Source: a virus. From it: DNA of 15,782 bases. Positions within the stretch are counted from its first letter, which is position 1. Each line of letters begins with the position of its first letter. Under the pieces are notes generated by a model. It searched no databases, was not told the DNA's origin, and saw nothing but the letters and a program-made list of their open reading frames with translations. A program made the position numbers and the translations under genes. The stretch lies in UHGV virus genome UHGV-0147861; one strand, given 5' to 3'. This document shows positions 7,860 through 15,782 of this stretch, one piece after another.

Positions 7860-9343
7860 TGGCCAGAAGTTGCGTAACGGATCCACGTTGGCGCGAGCTG
7901 GTGGCGCTATATCGTTATGACTGGATTGCGGCCGCTGATGTTTTGTTCGGCAAAACACCTACCTGGCAGCAGGATCTGATTATTGAGTCTGTGCAGGAAC
8001 AGGGTAGCAAGACATCTGTTTCGTCTGGTCACGGTACCGGGAAATCAGACATGACTTCTATCATGATCATGTTGTTCATAATCATGTATCCCGGTGCCCG
8101 CGCCATTATCGTTGCGAACAAAATTCAGCAGGTAATGACCGGTATATTCAAGTACATCAAGATAAACTGGGCTACTGCCACCAGCCGTTTTCCATGGCTT
8201 GCTGATTATTTTGTTCTGACAGAAACCGCTTTCTATGAGGTTACTGGTAAAGGTGTATGGACTGTAGTACCGAAGGGCTTTCGTCTGGGAAGTGAAGAAG
8301 CTCTCGCCGGTGAACACGCAGATCATCTTCTGTATATTATCGATGAAGCCTCCGGTGTCAGTGATAGAGCTTTCGGTATCATCACCGGTGCTCTTACCGG
8401 ACAGGATAACCGCATCTTATTACTGTCACAGCCTACACGCCCAAGCGGCTATTTCTACGATACTCACCATAAACTGGCCAAGCGTCCTGGTAACCCAGAT
8501 GGCGTTTATACGGCGATCACGCTTAACAGTGAGGAATCACCGCTGGTAACGCCAGAATTTATCAAAATGAAGCTGGCGGAGTACGGCGGGCGTGATAACC
8601 CTATGTACATGATTAAGGTACGCGGGCTATTCCCTAAATCACAGGACGGCTTCCTTCTTGGACGTGATGAGGTTGAACGTGCGACGCGGCGGAAAGTCAA
8701 GATTGCCAAAGGATGGGGCTGGCTTGCATGTGTGGACGTTGCTGGTGGTACAGGACGGGATAAGTCCGTTATCAATATCATGATGGTGTCCGGCCAGCGA
8801 AATAAACGCCGTGTAATCAACTATCGAATGCTGGAATACACAGACGTTACAGAAACGCAGCTTGCCGCCAAAATTTTCGCAGAATGTAATCCTGAGCGAT
8901 TCCCCAATATCACCATAGCGATAGACGGCGATGGCCTGGGTAAAGCAACGGCGGATCTGATGTACGAGTATTATGGTATTACCGTACAGCGTATACGCTG
9001 GGGTAAAAAGATGCATAGCCGTGAAGATAAGAGCCTGTACTTTGATAAACGTGCTTATGCCAATGTTCAAGCCGCAGAGGCCGTAAAATCTGGTCGTATG
9101 AGACTGGATAAGGGTAATGAAACTATTGAGGAAGCGTCGAAAATCCCTGTAGGGATTAACTCCGCAGGTCAATGGAAGGTGATGAGTAAGGAGGATATGA
9201 AGAAAAAACTCAACCTGCACTCACCAGACCATTGGGATACATATTGTTTCGCTATGCTGGCGGATTATGTTCCCCAGGATGAAGTGCTTAGCGTCGAAGA
9301 CGAAGCGCAGGTTGATGAAGCTCTGGCATGGCTTAATGAATGA
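7859..9343 (+). CDS. pacB: Terminase large subunit PacB
   Basis: 494-aa ORF; Walker A-like GHGTGKS near the N-terminus, Walker B-like [11 protein letters not shown]-terminal nuclease-like region; start overlaps the pacA stop. Confidence 0.9.
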   Translation: MARSCVTDPRWRELVALYRYDWIAAADVLFGKTPTWQQDLIIESVQEQGSKTSVSSGHGTGKSDMTSIMIMLFIIMYPGARAIIVANKIQQVMTGIFKYIKINWATATSRFPWLADYFVLTETAFYEVTGKGVWTVVPKGFRLGSEEALAGEHADHLLYIIDEASGVSDRAFGIITGALTGQDNRILLLSQPTRPSGYFYDTHHKLAKRPGNPDGVYTAITLNSEESPLVTPEFIKMKLAEYGGRDNPMYMIKVRGLFPKSQDGFLLGRDEVERATRRKVKIAKGWGWLACVDVAGGTGRDKSVINIMMVSGQRNKRRVINYRMLEYTDVTETQLAAKIFAECNPERFPNITIAIDGDGLGKATADLMYEYYGITVQRIRWGKKMHSREDKSLYFDKRAYANVQAAEAVKSGRMRLDKGNETIEEASKIPVGINSAGQWKVMSKEDMKKKLNLHSPDHWDTYCFAMLADYVPQDEVLSVEDEAQVDEALAWLNE

Positions 9344-9346
9344 ATA

Positions 9347-9363
9347 TTTGCTCTAATAAATTG
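9347..9363 (+). promoter_or_regulatory. C1 operator-like site upstream of the immI module
   Basis: TTTGCTCTAATAAATTG matches 15/17 of the C1 operator consensus; located 4 nt after the pacB stop and upstream of the c4/icd/ant region. Confidence 0.5.
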
Positions 9364-9495
9364 TGTTTTTTAGCTACCGATGCTACATTGAACCTGACCT
9401 CTTGCGCCTTGTGGCATTTTCGGTTTATGCTTATCAGGCACCTCATTAAAACGGGTGCCGGGATTGAGACCCCGGATAATGCAAAAGGCGACACA

Positions 9496-9517
9496 GACGC
9501 CAAAAGCGTCTTTTTTT
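9496..9517 (+). terminator. Possible intrinsic terminator or attenuator hairpin
   Basis: GACGC-CAAAA-GCGTC hairpin (9496-9510) followed by a run of seven T (9511-9517); the stem is short, so strength is uncertain. Confidence 0.35.
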
Positions 9518-9554
9518 GTGTCATGCCATCGCACAGCCATACGTAGCGTTTAGC

Positions 9555-9650
9555 TCAGAGATCAATGGTAGTGCTGGCTGGGCTGCCGAAAGGCAGGCCG
9601 GTTCCCTTTTGCGCCGGTAGTCTCAACCCAGTCAGTGCTACCGCCATTGA
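9555..9650 (+). ncRNA. c4: c4-like antisense RNA (immI repressor RNA), boundaries approximate
   Basis: Structured region with a GNRA-capped hairpin (CUGCC-GAAA-GGCAG, 9583-9596) and a long G-U-containing stem. Two elements are complementary to the downstream leader: 9636-9643 GCUACCGC pairs with 9665-9672 GCGGUAGC, and 9563-9571 CAAUGGUAG pairs with 9695-9703 CUGCCAUUG, bracketing the icd RBS and start codon. Confidence 0.5.
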
Positions 9651-9702
9651 GATTGAGACCTCACGCGGTAGCTCCTTAAATTAGCAAAAGGAGGCTGCCA
9701 TT

Positions 9703-9924
9703 GTGGCTACTATCCCTACCCCTGCTCATCCTGAATTTATCTGGCGCTTTTACTCCTGCCAAAAACGTCACTATCACTTCGTTATTGCACCGACAGAAGA
9801 TGAGGCACGTTCTCAGCTTCCTGACGCCCCATGTATTTTCTCTGCCCGTTTTTCCACTGATTCACACAATTCTCTCAGTTACTGGTGCCTCCCTGTTAAC
9901 GCTTCTGCTCTGGAGGGGCTATGA
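9703..9924 (+). CDS. icd: Icd-like small protein (73 aa), translationally coupled to ant
   Basis: GTG 9703 preceded by AAAGGAGG at 9687-9694; stop overlaps the ant ATG (ATGA, 9921-9924); size and position match the P1 icd gene as I recall it. The protein sequence itself is not recognised. Confidence 0.55.
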   Translation: MATIPTPAHPEFIWRFYSCQKRHYHFVIAPTEDEARSQLPDAPCIFSARFSTDSHNSLSYWCLPVNASALEGL

Positions 9925-11036
9925 GAACATCATTAGTCACCCGTAAAGAAATGATCGAGGCAATTGAACAGCACACTGCCTGTATCAGTACCAGGGATAT
10001 ACCTGGCGTTATTGCCAACTACTTCATGATCACCAAACAACTTTACCGGAGAAAGGACAAAAACGCGGTTCACCGCATTCTGCTAACCGATATCCGTGAA
10101 TACCTGCTCGAACAGGGTCATCTGAATTACGCAACCGTCGCAGCCGAAGCACGCAAGGAGGCACACAGAATGAAAGCAACTAACGTTAAATCAGAAAAAA
10201 CTCATGCACCTTCAGTTCAGGAATCGGAGCTGGTGGTTGTTCAGAATCAGTCTGATGAAATTCCCGTTCTGGAATGGCTGGGAGTGCGTGTAGTGACAAC
10301 TAAGATCCTTGCTAAGGGGTATGGGACAGATGCGGATAACATCAAGAAGAACTTTTCCCGTAATGCTGAACGTTTTTGTGAAGGCAAGCATTTCTATAAA
10401 GTTATTGGAGATGATTTGAACAATTTGCGGGTGACTTTAAGTAACTCACAAAATCCTATCTCTCCTAAAGCCCGCTCACTCATCCTCTGGACGGAACGCG
10501 GCGCAGCCCGCCACGCTAAAATGATCGAAACCGATCAGGCATGGGCATTCTTTGAAAAACTGGAAGACAGCTACTTCCGACAAAAAGAACAGCAACCGAT
10601 CGCAATCCCCCAGACGCTTCCAGAAGCTCTGCGCCTTGCTGCCGAACTGGCTGAACAAAAGCAACTTCTGGAACAGAAAGCCCATCAGCTAAATCAGCAG
10701 CTGGTGGCCGCAGCCCCCAAAGTCGATTTTGCCGACCGGGTATCAGTGGCTAAGGGGATCCTGATTGGGAATTTTGCAAAGGTCGTTGGACTTAAACAAA
10801 ATGCGCTGTTTGCCTGGTTACGGGAGAACGGCATTCTGATAGCGTCCGGCGGCCGTAAAAATGTACCGTTCCAGCAGTACATAAACGCCGGATATTTCAC
10901 AGTGAAAGAAGTGGTGCTGGATGATGAAGAGGGCTACCAGATACGGCTGACGCCCCAATTAACGGGGAAAGGCCAACAGTGGTTGACGCGTAAACTGCTC
11001 GATGCTGGCTTGTTAAAACCGGTGGCGGCTGAATAA
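9921..11036 (+). CDS. ant: Antirepressor Ant (Ant1; in-frame internal start at 10170 gives Ant2)
   Basis: 371-aa ORF with phage antirepressor-type N- and C-terminal regions (C-terminal KilA-C/ANT-like segment PKVDFADRVSVAKGILIGNFAKVVGLKQNALFAWLRENGIL). Internal ATG 10170 has AAGGAGG at 10155-10161 and would give a 288-aa product; the size ratio matches P1 Ant1/Ant2 (about 42/32 kDa). Confidence 0.8.
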   Translation: MRTSLVTRKEMIEAIEQHTACISTRDIPGVIANYFMITKQLYRRKDKNAVHRILLTDIREYLLEQGHLNYATVAAEARKEAHRMKATNVKSEKTHAPSVQESELVVVQNQSDEIPVLEWLGVRVVTTKILAKGYGTDADNIKKNFSRNAERFCEGKHFYKVIGDDLNNLRVTLSNSQNPISPKARSLILWTERGAARHAKMIETDQAWAFFEKLEDSYFRQKEQQPIAIPQTLPEALRLAAELAEQKQLLEQKAHQLNQQLVAAAPKVDFADRVSVAKGILIGNFAKVVGLKQNALFAWLRENGILIASGGRKNVPFQQYINAGYFTVKEVVLDDEEGYQIRLTPQLTGKGQQWLTRKLLDAGLLKPVAAE

Positions 11037-11068
11037 TGGAAGAATGCCCGGTTGATGCCGGGCATAAT

Positions 11069-11920
11069 TTATTGCGCGCTTTCGGGGTTGTCGTTTACTG
11101 GCTGCCCCTTCTTGGTTTTACGGCTGCGCGTAACTGATGCGGCTGACTTAACCTTTTTCTCTTCGCGAGTGATGGCAATTTGTTTTTTTACATTTTCAAT
11201 ATCTGCCAGGCGATATATTTTTGCTTGTGGCCAGCGGTCGCAGATGATCGGTTCTATGGAGTCATAAAGGCTAAATTTTGCTTTTTCGAATTCACCGTTG
11301 ATGATGATTCCATCACGGAGAGTTTCATCGCAGATAAACACGCCACACAGCGGTACATGGTAACTAACTGATTTACCATCATTGTAGTTAGGGCTACTGG
11401 AGATGTAGTGGACGCGCAGCATTGTTTCGCTAAAGCCGTGTACGCGCATACGGAATTTTTCATCCTCCGGGTACTGCTTCATTAGCTCTTTTGTTGCTTC
11501 CAGGTTCTCTATGTATTTCGCACTGTGCTCATTGATCCCCGCGCTTTTTTGGATGCGAATGTCCTTATCAATCAGATGAATAATGCGGCCAGCGGTCATG
11601 TTGACGCTGTTCACAGCTTCTGTCTGATAAGTTGTAACCTTGCGCACACCGCGAAGGATGTTAGGCACTGGATATAAAATAGTCTTTGGGATATTGAGGT
11701 CTGGGTACTGTTCCAGTTCCCGCGCCATTAAAGTCCATTTATCAATTTCAGCCTGAATGCTGTCAGTTTCTTTGAACGGTAGAACGACAACCGGGCGTAC
11801 AGGACGACCGTCGCTGGCTGTATCAACGTGTTGGGCGCGTGCAACAGCTTTTTTTAGAAAGAGATCCCTGAAGCTGACGAACTCCTGGTACAGTTGTTCG
11901 CCGTAGACATAATTTATCAT
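11069..11920 (-). CDS. c1: Primary immunity repressor C1
   Basis: 283-aa protein MINYVYGEQLYQEFVSFRDLFLKKAVARAQHVD... matches my memory of P1 C1 in sequence and length; strong RBS GGAGGAGGATCA before the ATG (minus strand). Confidence 0.93.
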   Translation of the reverse strand: MINYVYGEQLYQEFVSFRDLFLKKAVARAQHVDTASDGRPVRPVVVLPFKETDSIQAEIDKWTLMARELEQYPDLNIPKTILYPVPNILRGVRKVTTYQTEAVNSVNMTAGRIIHLIDKDIRIQKSAGINEHSAKYIENLEATKELMKQYPEDEKFRMRVHGFSETMLRVHYISSSPNYNDGKSVSYHVPLCGVFICDETLRDGIIINGEFEKAKFSLYDSIEPIICDRWPQAKIYRLADIENVKKQIAITREEKKVKSAASVTRSRKTKKGQPVNDNPESAQ

Positions 11921-12014
11921 TGATCCTCCTCCAGAATTGACATGGTCAATAACGCCCGGCTGAGAAAACCGGTCATTACTGACCTATATTATAGAGGGAT
12001 CAAACAAAAATAAT

Positions 12015-12031
12015 AGATTTATTAGTGCATT
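12015..12031 (-). promoter_or_regulatory. C1 operator-like site between coi and c1
   Basis: Plus-strand AGATTTATTAGTGCATT is the reverse complement of a 14/17 match to the C1 operator consensus; located at the coi 3' end upstream of c1. Confidence 0.4.
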
Positions 12032-12240
12032 TATTGTGAGTCTAACTGGTTAGTTGCCATGAGATATTCGATTGTGTCAGTGAGGTCATCCAGGTCGTCT
12101 TGGGTGATGCGGTACTCCTGATTGGATATCTTTGAGTAGTGTTCAGCAATGGCGCGGGCAGCGTCGGTTTCGGCAGGGTCTACAGATAAAGCGTTAGAGC
12201 AATGTCTAACGTCGTCGATGGTTGGTTGAATGAAAGCCAT
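12031..12240 (-). CDS. coi: C1 inactivator Coi
   Basis: 69-aa acidic protein MAFIQPTIDDVRHCSNALSVDPAETDAARAIAEHYSK... directly upstream of and co-oriented with c1; size and position match P1 Coi. Confidence 0.85.
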   Translation of the reverse strand: MAFIQPTIDDVRHCSNALSVDPAETDAARAIAEHYSKISNQEYRITQDDLDDLTDTIEYLMATNQLDSQ

Positions 12241-12478
12241 AATTATGCCTCACTGTATTGACAACACAGAGCCTGAAGCTCTGACCTACTGTTTCACCCA
12301 TGATCCATGCTGGGGTAATCTAACAACATTGCGCTGTGTGTAAGATGAGCAATGCATAGCTGTAATGCCGTTGTATAAGGTTTCCCTGTTTGCTCATTTC
12401 CTTCTGAGCCGCTCTACAACGCTGAAGACACATTAAATAGTGAATCCAAAGTCGTATTACGTAACGGCGGCAAAACTA

Positions 12479-12495
12479 TAATTTATTAGAGCAAT
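12479..12495 (-). promoter_or_regulatory. C1 operator (immC), 16/17 match
   Basis: Plus-strand TAATTTATTAGAGCAAT is the reverse complement of ATTGCTCTAATAAATTA, 16/17 to the consensus; upstream of coi. Confidence 0.55.
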
Positions 12496-12561
12496 TGTCA
12501 AACAACTATGAAAAACAATCCAGTTTTTAGCTGGTGGAGTGGGATTTTTCTCTCAAAATTT

Positions 12562-12578
12562 ATTGCTCTAATAATTAT
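12562..12578 (+). promoter_or_regulatory. C1 operator-like site (immC), 15/17 match
   Basis: ATTGCTCTAATAATTAT, 15/17 to the consensus, about 35 bp from the transposon terminus. Confidence 0.5.
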
Positions 12579-12613
12579 TGATTTTTGTGCGCAGCTGGAC
12601 GTAAACTCCTCTT

Positions 12614-12651
12614 GGGGGAACCGCAGAATTCGGAAAAAATCGTACGCTAAG
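12614..12651. repeat. 38-bp terminal inverted repeat of a Tn3-family (Tn1721/Tn21-group) transposon
   Basis: GGGGGAACCGCAGAATTCGGAAAAAATCGTACGCTAAG begins with GGGG and ends ...ACGCTAAG, the hallmark of Tn21/Tn1721-group IRs, and is close to the Tn1721 IR as I remember it. It is immediately flanked on the left by AT-rich P1-like DNA. Confidence 0.85.
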
Positions 12652-12802
12652 CTAACGGTGTTCTCGTGACAGCTCTTTGACTAGGCTTTCTAAGGCCATT
12701 CTGATAGCCCTGACTTCCTGAAAAGCCATGGCTAAAATTTGTGCGGCTAAAAGGGATAACCGATGGTAAAGTAAGTTATCCCTGTCGAGATACTGAAAAG
12801 CG

Positions 12803-14380
12803 TTATCCTCGTTTTTCCCAAAACTGTTTTGCCAGTTCGCTCAGAGCGCTAGTTAACTGAGCGACAGATTTCGCACTTTGCAAATTATTCTGCCCGGTCT
12901 GTACATTGGTATCAGCAGCATCGCGTATATTGATAATACTGCGGTTTATGTCTTCACTTACTGCTCCCTGCTGCTCGACCGCAGTCGCTATTTGCGCGTT
13001 CATGTCGGTAATTTCGTTAACGCGTTGGCCAATTCCATCAAGAGCTGTAGCTGCTTCCTCTGCGTGAGCTACACTCGTGTGCGCTTGCCGACTACTTTGC
13101 TCCATGACTGTAACAGCGGATTGCGCTCGCTCTTGTAGAGCGCTGATCATGCTTTGAATATCCGTTGTCGATTGCTGTGTGCGAGCAGCAAGACTGCGAA
13201 CCTCATCGGCGACAACAGCAAAACCACGCCCCTGCTCACCAGCACGCGCGGCCTCAATTGCTGCGTTGAGTGCCAACAAATTCGTTTGCTCGGCGATCCC
13301 TCGTATAACGTCAAGAACTTTTGATATCTCGTTACTTTGACCTTCAAGCTCATGAATAACCTGAGTGGCTTGCCTAATTTCACCTTCAAGGGCAGTGATT
13401 GACTGGCTTGTGTGGGCTACCAGACGCTGGCCAGATGCCGTCTCAGTGTCTGCTCTTCCGGCCGCATCTGCAGCATGCTGTGCATTGCTCGCAACCTCTT
13501 GAATGCTTGCCACCATTTGGTTTACTGCCGTTGCTATTTGATCTGTCTCTGCCTGCTGCTCAACTGTAAGTACATTGCTTGACTCAATATCCTTTAGTAG
13601 GCCTCGGGTGTGTTCGCTAAGCCGATTTGATGCATCACCTATGCGACCTACTATGGCGCCTGTTTCAGCTTGCATCATTCGTAAAGCAAACTCTATTTGG
13701 CCAAACTCATCGGTGCGCCCAGTGTAGAGGGATTGACTTAATGGGTTATTGGAAATATTCCTGGCTCTTTCAACCAGTCTTCCAAGAGGAGAGAGAATAG
13801 CCAAAACACTAACAGAGCTTAAGCTTCCTGACATTAAAGTGGCTAACAATAAGCTGCTTATTGATGTATCAGTAAGCATGCCGGCAGCCATTGCGCTTGA
13901 TATAATACTACCCCATATGAGCAAGAGTATTTTCACGGAAAAGCTAGCAGCCAATTTCGGCCTCGCGGCCTTCCCGCTTCTCAATTGAGCATATAATTTT
14001 TCCGCAGCCAAAACCTGCTCAGGTTCAGGCTTGGTCCTTACAGACTGGTATTCAACAATCGAACCATTCTTAGCTATTGGCGTTACATAAGCACTTACCC
14101 AATAGTGGTCGCCATTTTTACAGCGATTTTTTACTAGCCCCATCCATGAGCGGCCAGATTTTAATGTACTCCACATATGCTCAAATGCAGCAGGCGGCAT
14201 ATCTGGGTGTCTTACGATGTTGTGAGGCTGGCCTAATAGTTCTTCCTCAGTGAAACCACTGATTTTAATGAAGTCAGGATTAACGTACGTGATATGGCTT
14301 TGAGGGGAGGTAGTCGAAAGAATATTGGCATCTTTTGGGAGTTCTAAGTTTCGACCCGTCACTGGTAAATTCTGGCGCAT
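12803..14380 (-). CDS. Methyl-accepting chemotaxis protein, Aer-like (PAS + HAMP + MCP signalling domain)
   Basis: N-terminal PAS-like region ([31 protein letters not shown]), hydrophobic segments, and the highly conserved MCP signalling motif [42 protein letters not shown]; corresponds to the orfI chemoreceptor-like gene of Tn1721. Confidence 0.9.
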   Translation of the reverse strand: MRQNLPVTGRNLELPKDANILSTTSPQSHITYVNPDFIKISGFTEEELLGQPHNIVRHPDMPPAAFEHMWSTLKSGRSWMGLVKNRCKNGDHYWVSAYVTPIAKNGSIVEYQSVRTKPEPEQVLAAEKLYAQLRSGKAARPKLAASFSVKILLLIWGSIISSAMAAGMLTDTSISSLLLATLMSGSLSSVSVLAILSPLGRLVERARNISNNPLSQSLYTGRTDEFGQIEFALRMMQAETGAIVGRIGDASNRLSEHTRGLLKDIESSNVLTVEQQAETDQIATAVNQMVASIQEVASNAQHAADAAGRADTETASGQRLVAHTSQSITALEGEIRQATQVIHELEGQSNEISKVLDVIRGIAEQTNLLALNAAIEAARAGEQGRGFAVVADEVRSLAARTQQSTTDIQSMISALQERAQSAVTVMEQSSRQAHTSVAHAEEAATALDGIGQRVNEITDMNAQIATAVEQQGAVSEDINRSIINIRDAADTNVQTGQNNLQSAKSVAQLTSALSELAKQFWEKRG

Positions 14381-14519
14381 AAGAACCTCAAGGGTTGGCT
14401 GTTTTATTTTATTGTTTTCGGCATTAAGCCCAATTTCTTGAGCGTTACGATAAAGCTAGCATGGAAACGATAGGTGCAAGCAAGTTAAGGGTTGCATCGC
14501 GCATGTCAATCTAGGCTAT

Positions 14520-14689
14520 ACCCTAACTTGATGTCAGGCAGGGCCGCGCCGCTTCGTCAGAATAGAGTCTGCTTTCCCATTTTTTGACACATGCCCGCGA
14601 AGGTTATAGATTTCAGCCTGACAGAAATGGGCTTTGAGGCACAACGGAACAGAAAGTGCACTTAAGCCGCCTTCAACCAAGGAGACATC
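14520..14689. promoter_or_regulatory. Putative res (resolution) site region and tnpR/mcp divergent promoter region
   Basis: Intergenic region between divergent mcp and tnpR containing repeated TGTCAG/CTGACA-type half-sites (TGTCAGGC 14532-14539, CGTCAGAA 14555-14562, TTTGACAC 14583-14590, CCTGACAGAA 14617-14626), the position where Tn3-family res sites lie. Subsite boundaries not resolved. Confidence 0.55.
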
Positions 14690-15250
14690 GTGCAGGGGCA
14701 CCGCATCGGCTACGTCCGGGTCAGCAGCTTTGACCAGAACCCGGAACGCCAGCTGGAACAAACCCAGGTGAGCAAGGTGTTCACCGACAAGGCATCGGGC
14801 AAGGACACCCAGCGCCCCCAGCTCGAAGCGCTGCTGAGCTTCGTCCGCGAAGGCGATACAGTGGTGGTGCACAGCATGGATCGGCTGGCCCGCAACCTCG
14901 ATGACCTGCGTCGCTTGGTACAGAAGCTGACTCAGCGCGGCGTGCGCATCGAGTTCCTGAAGGAGGGCCTGGTGTTCACTGGCGAGGACTCGCCGATGGC
15001 CAACCTGATGCTGTCGGTGATGGGGGCCTTCGCTGAGTTCGAGCGCGCCCTGATCCGCGAGCGGCAGCGTGAGGGCATCGCCTTGGCCAAGCAGCGTGGC
15101 GCGTACCGGGGCCGCAAGAAAGCCCTGTCCGATGAGCAGGCTGCTACCCTGCGGCAGCGAGCGACGGCCGGCGAGCCCAAGGCGCAGCTTGCCCGCGAGT
15201 TCAACATCAGCCGGGAAACCCTCTACCAGTACCTCCGCACGGACGACTGA
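14690..15250 (+). CDS. tnpR: Serine recombinase resolvase TnpR
   Basis: 186-aa protein with the resolvase N-terminal catalytic motif GYVRVSSFDQNPERQ and C-terminal HTH; GTG start with AAGGAG RBS at 14679-14684; matches Tn1721-group TnpR. Confidence 0.95.
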   Translation: MQGHRIGYVRVSSFDQNPERQLEQTQVSKVFTDKASGKDTQRPQLEALLSFVREGDTVVVHSMDRLARNLDDLRRLVQKLTQRGVRIEFLKEGLVFTGEDSPMANLMLSVMGAFAEFERALIRERQREGIALAKQRGAYRGRKKALSDEQAATLRQRATAGEPKAQLAREFNISRETLYQYLRTDD

Positions 15251-15253
15251 CAC

Positions 15254-15782
15254 ATGCCGCGTCGCTTGATCCTCTCGGCCACGGAGCGGGACACCCTGCT
15301 TGCGCTGCCGGAAAGCCAGGATGACCTGATCCGCTACTACACCTTCAACGACTCCGACCTGTCGCTGATCCGCCAGCGACGCGGCGACGCCAACCGCCTC
15401 GGCTTCGCCGTGCAGCTCTGCCTGCTGCGCTACCCCGGTTACGCGCTGGGAACCGACAGCGAGCTGCCCGAGCCGGTCATCCTGTGGGTGGCGAAGCAAG
15501 TCCAGGCCGAGCCGGCGAGCTGGGCAAAGTACGGCGAGCGCGACGTGACCCGTCGCGAGCATGCCCAGGAACTGCGCACCTACCTGCAACTGGCCCCGTT
15601 CGGCCTGTCCGACTTCCGCGCCCTGGTGCGCGAGCTAACCGAGCTGGCCCAGCAGACCGACAAAGGCTTGCTGCTGGCCGGTCAGGCCCTGGAGAGCCTA
15701 CGGCAGAAACGACGCATCCTGCCGGCGCTGAGCGTGATTGACCGGGCCTGCTCGGAAGCCATTGCGCGAGCCAATCGGCGGG
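15254..15782 (+). CDS. tnpA: Tn3-family transposase TnpA, N-terminal 176 codons (3' end outside window)
   Basis: ATG 15254 four nt after the tnpR stop; translation [62 protein letters not shown]... matches the conserved N-terminus of Tn21/Tn1721-type TnpA; frame is open to the window end. Confidence 0.9.
   Translation, partial: MPRRLILSATERDTLLALPESQDDLIRYYTFNDSDLSLIRQRRGDANRLGFAVQLCLLRYPGYALGTDSELPEPVILWVAKQVQAEPASWAKYGERDVTRREHAQELRTYLQLAPFGLSDFRALVRELTELAQQTDKGLLLAGQALESLRQKRRILPALSVIDRACSEAIARANRR

Larger units (their letters stand above)
12614..15782 (+). mobile_element. Tn1721/Tn1722-like transposon, left portion (IR - mcp - res - tnpR - tnpA...), continues beyond window
   Basis: Terminal IR, then an Aer-like MCP gene, res-like region, serine resolvase and Tn3-family transposase N-terminus in the order described for Tn1722; GC content rises sharply in tnpR/tnpA. 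Confidence 0.85.

Noticed and set aside
8639-9220. 193-aa minus-strand ORF inside pacB
   Set aside because: Entirely antisense to the terminase large-subunit gene, which has clear conserved motifs; no RBS or domain support.
9340-9546. 68-aa plus-strand ORF starting at the pacB stop
   Set aside because: Covers the C1 operator-like site, a probable promoter and a terminator-like hairpin; more likely a regulatory and leader region than a coding one.
9545-9650. Possible tRNA gene
   Set aside because: The region is stem-loop rich and tRNA-like, but I cannot build a canonical cloverleaf with an anticodon arm and conserved T-loop. The antisense complementarity to the downstream RBS fits a c4-type regulatory RNA better.
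9701-9946. 81-aa ORF in an alternative frame overlapping the icd-like ORF
   Set aside because: The competing frame (9703..9924) has better RBS spacing and ends in an ATGA coupling with ant; the alternative frame would read through the ant start. Kept only the 73-aa call, though this remains uncertain.
14534-15589. 351-aa minus-strand ORF spanning tnpR and the start of tnpA
   Set aside because: It lies antisense to two well-supported genes in a high-GC region where long spurious ORFs are common; the translation is low-complexity and Ala/Leu/Gly/Arg-rich with no recognisable domain.
1-15782. CRISPR arrays, rRNA genes, loxP site
   Set aside because: No regularly spaced direct repeats, no rRNA-like sequence, and no match to the loxP 13-8-13 structure were seen in this window. 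loxP and cre would be expected beyond the transposon insertion if the P1 gene order holds.

Overview
The window reads as two joined parts. Positions 1-12613 are a P1-family phage-plasmid segment; positions 12614-15782 are the left end of a Tn1721/Tn1722-like Tn3-family transposon inserted into it. All gene identities rest on my recognition of protein sequences and motifs from the translations; no database search was run. The P1-like part runs: a block of small unrecognised accessory genes (1-3313), then hot, a LexA box, humD, phd-doc, pdcA/pdcB-like genes, lpa, pacA (with the pac hexamer arrays inside it), pacB, an immI-like module (C1 operator, c4-like antisense RNA, icd-like ORF, ant1/ant2), and convergent c1 and coi with C1 operator-like sites. 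The transposon part begins with a 38-bp terminal inverted repeat at 12614-12651, followed by an Aer-like methyl-accepting chemotaxis gene, a res region, tnpR and the 5' part of tnpA. I do not see a clearly novel multi-gene system. The points most worth follow-up are the transposon sitting in the immC control region, immI lying next to immC, the c4/leader complementarity visible in the sequence, and the unrecognised gene block at 1-3313 and pdcA/pdcB.
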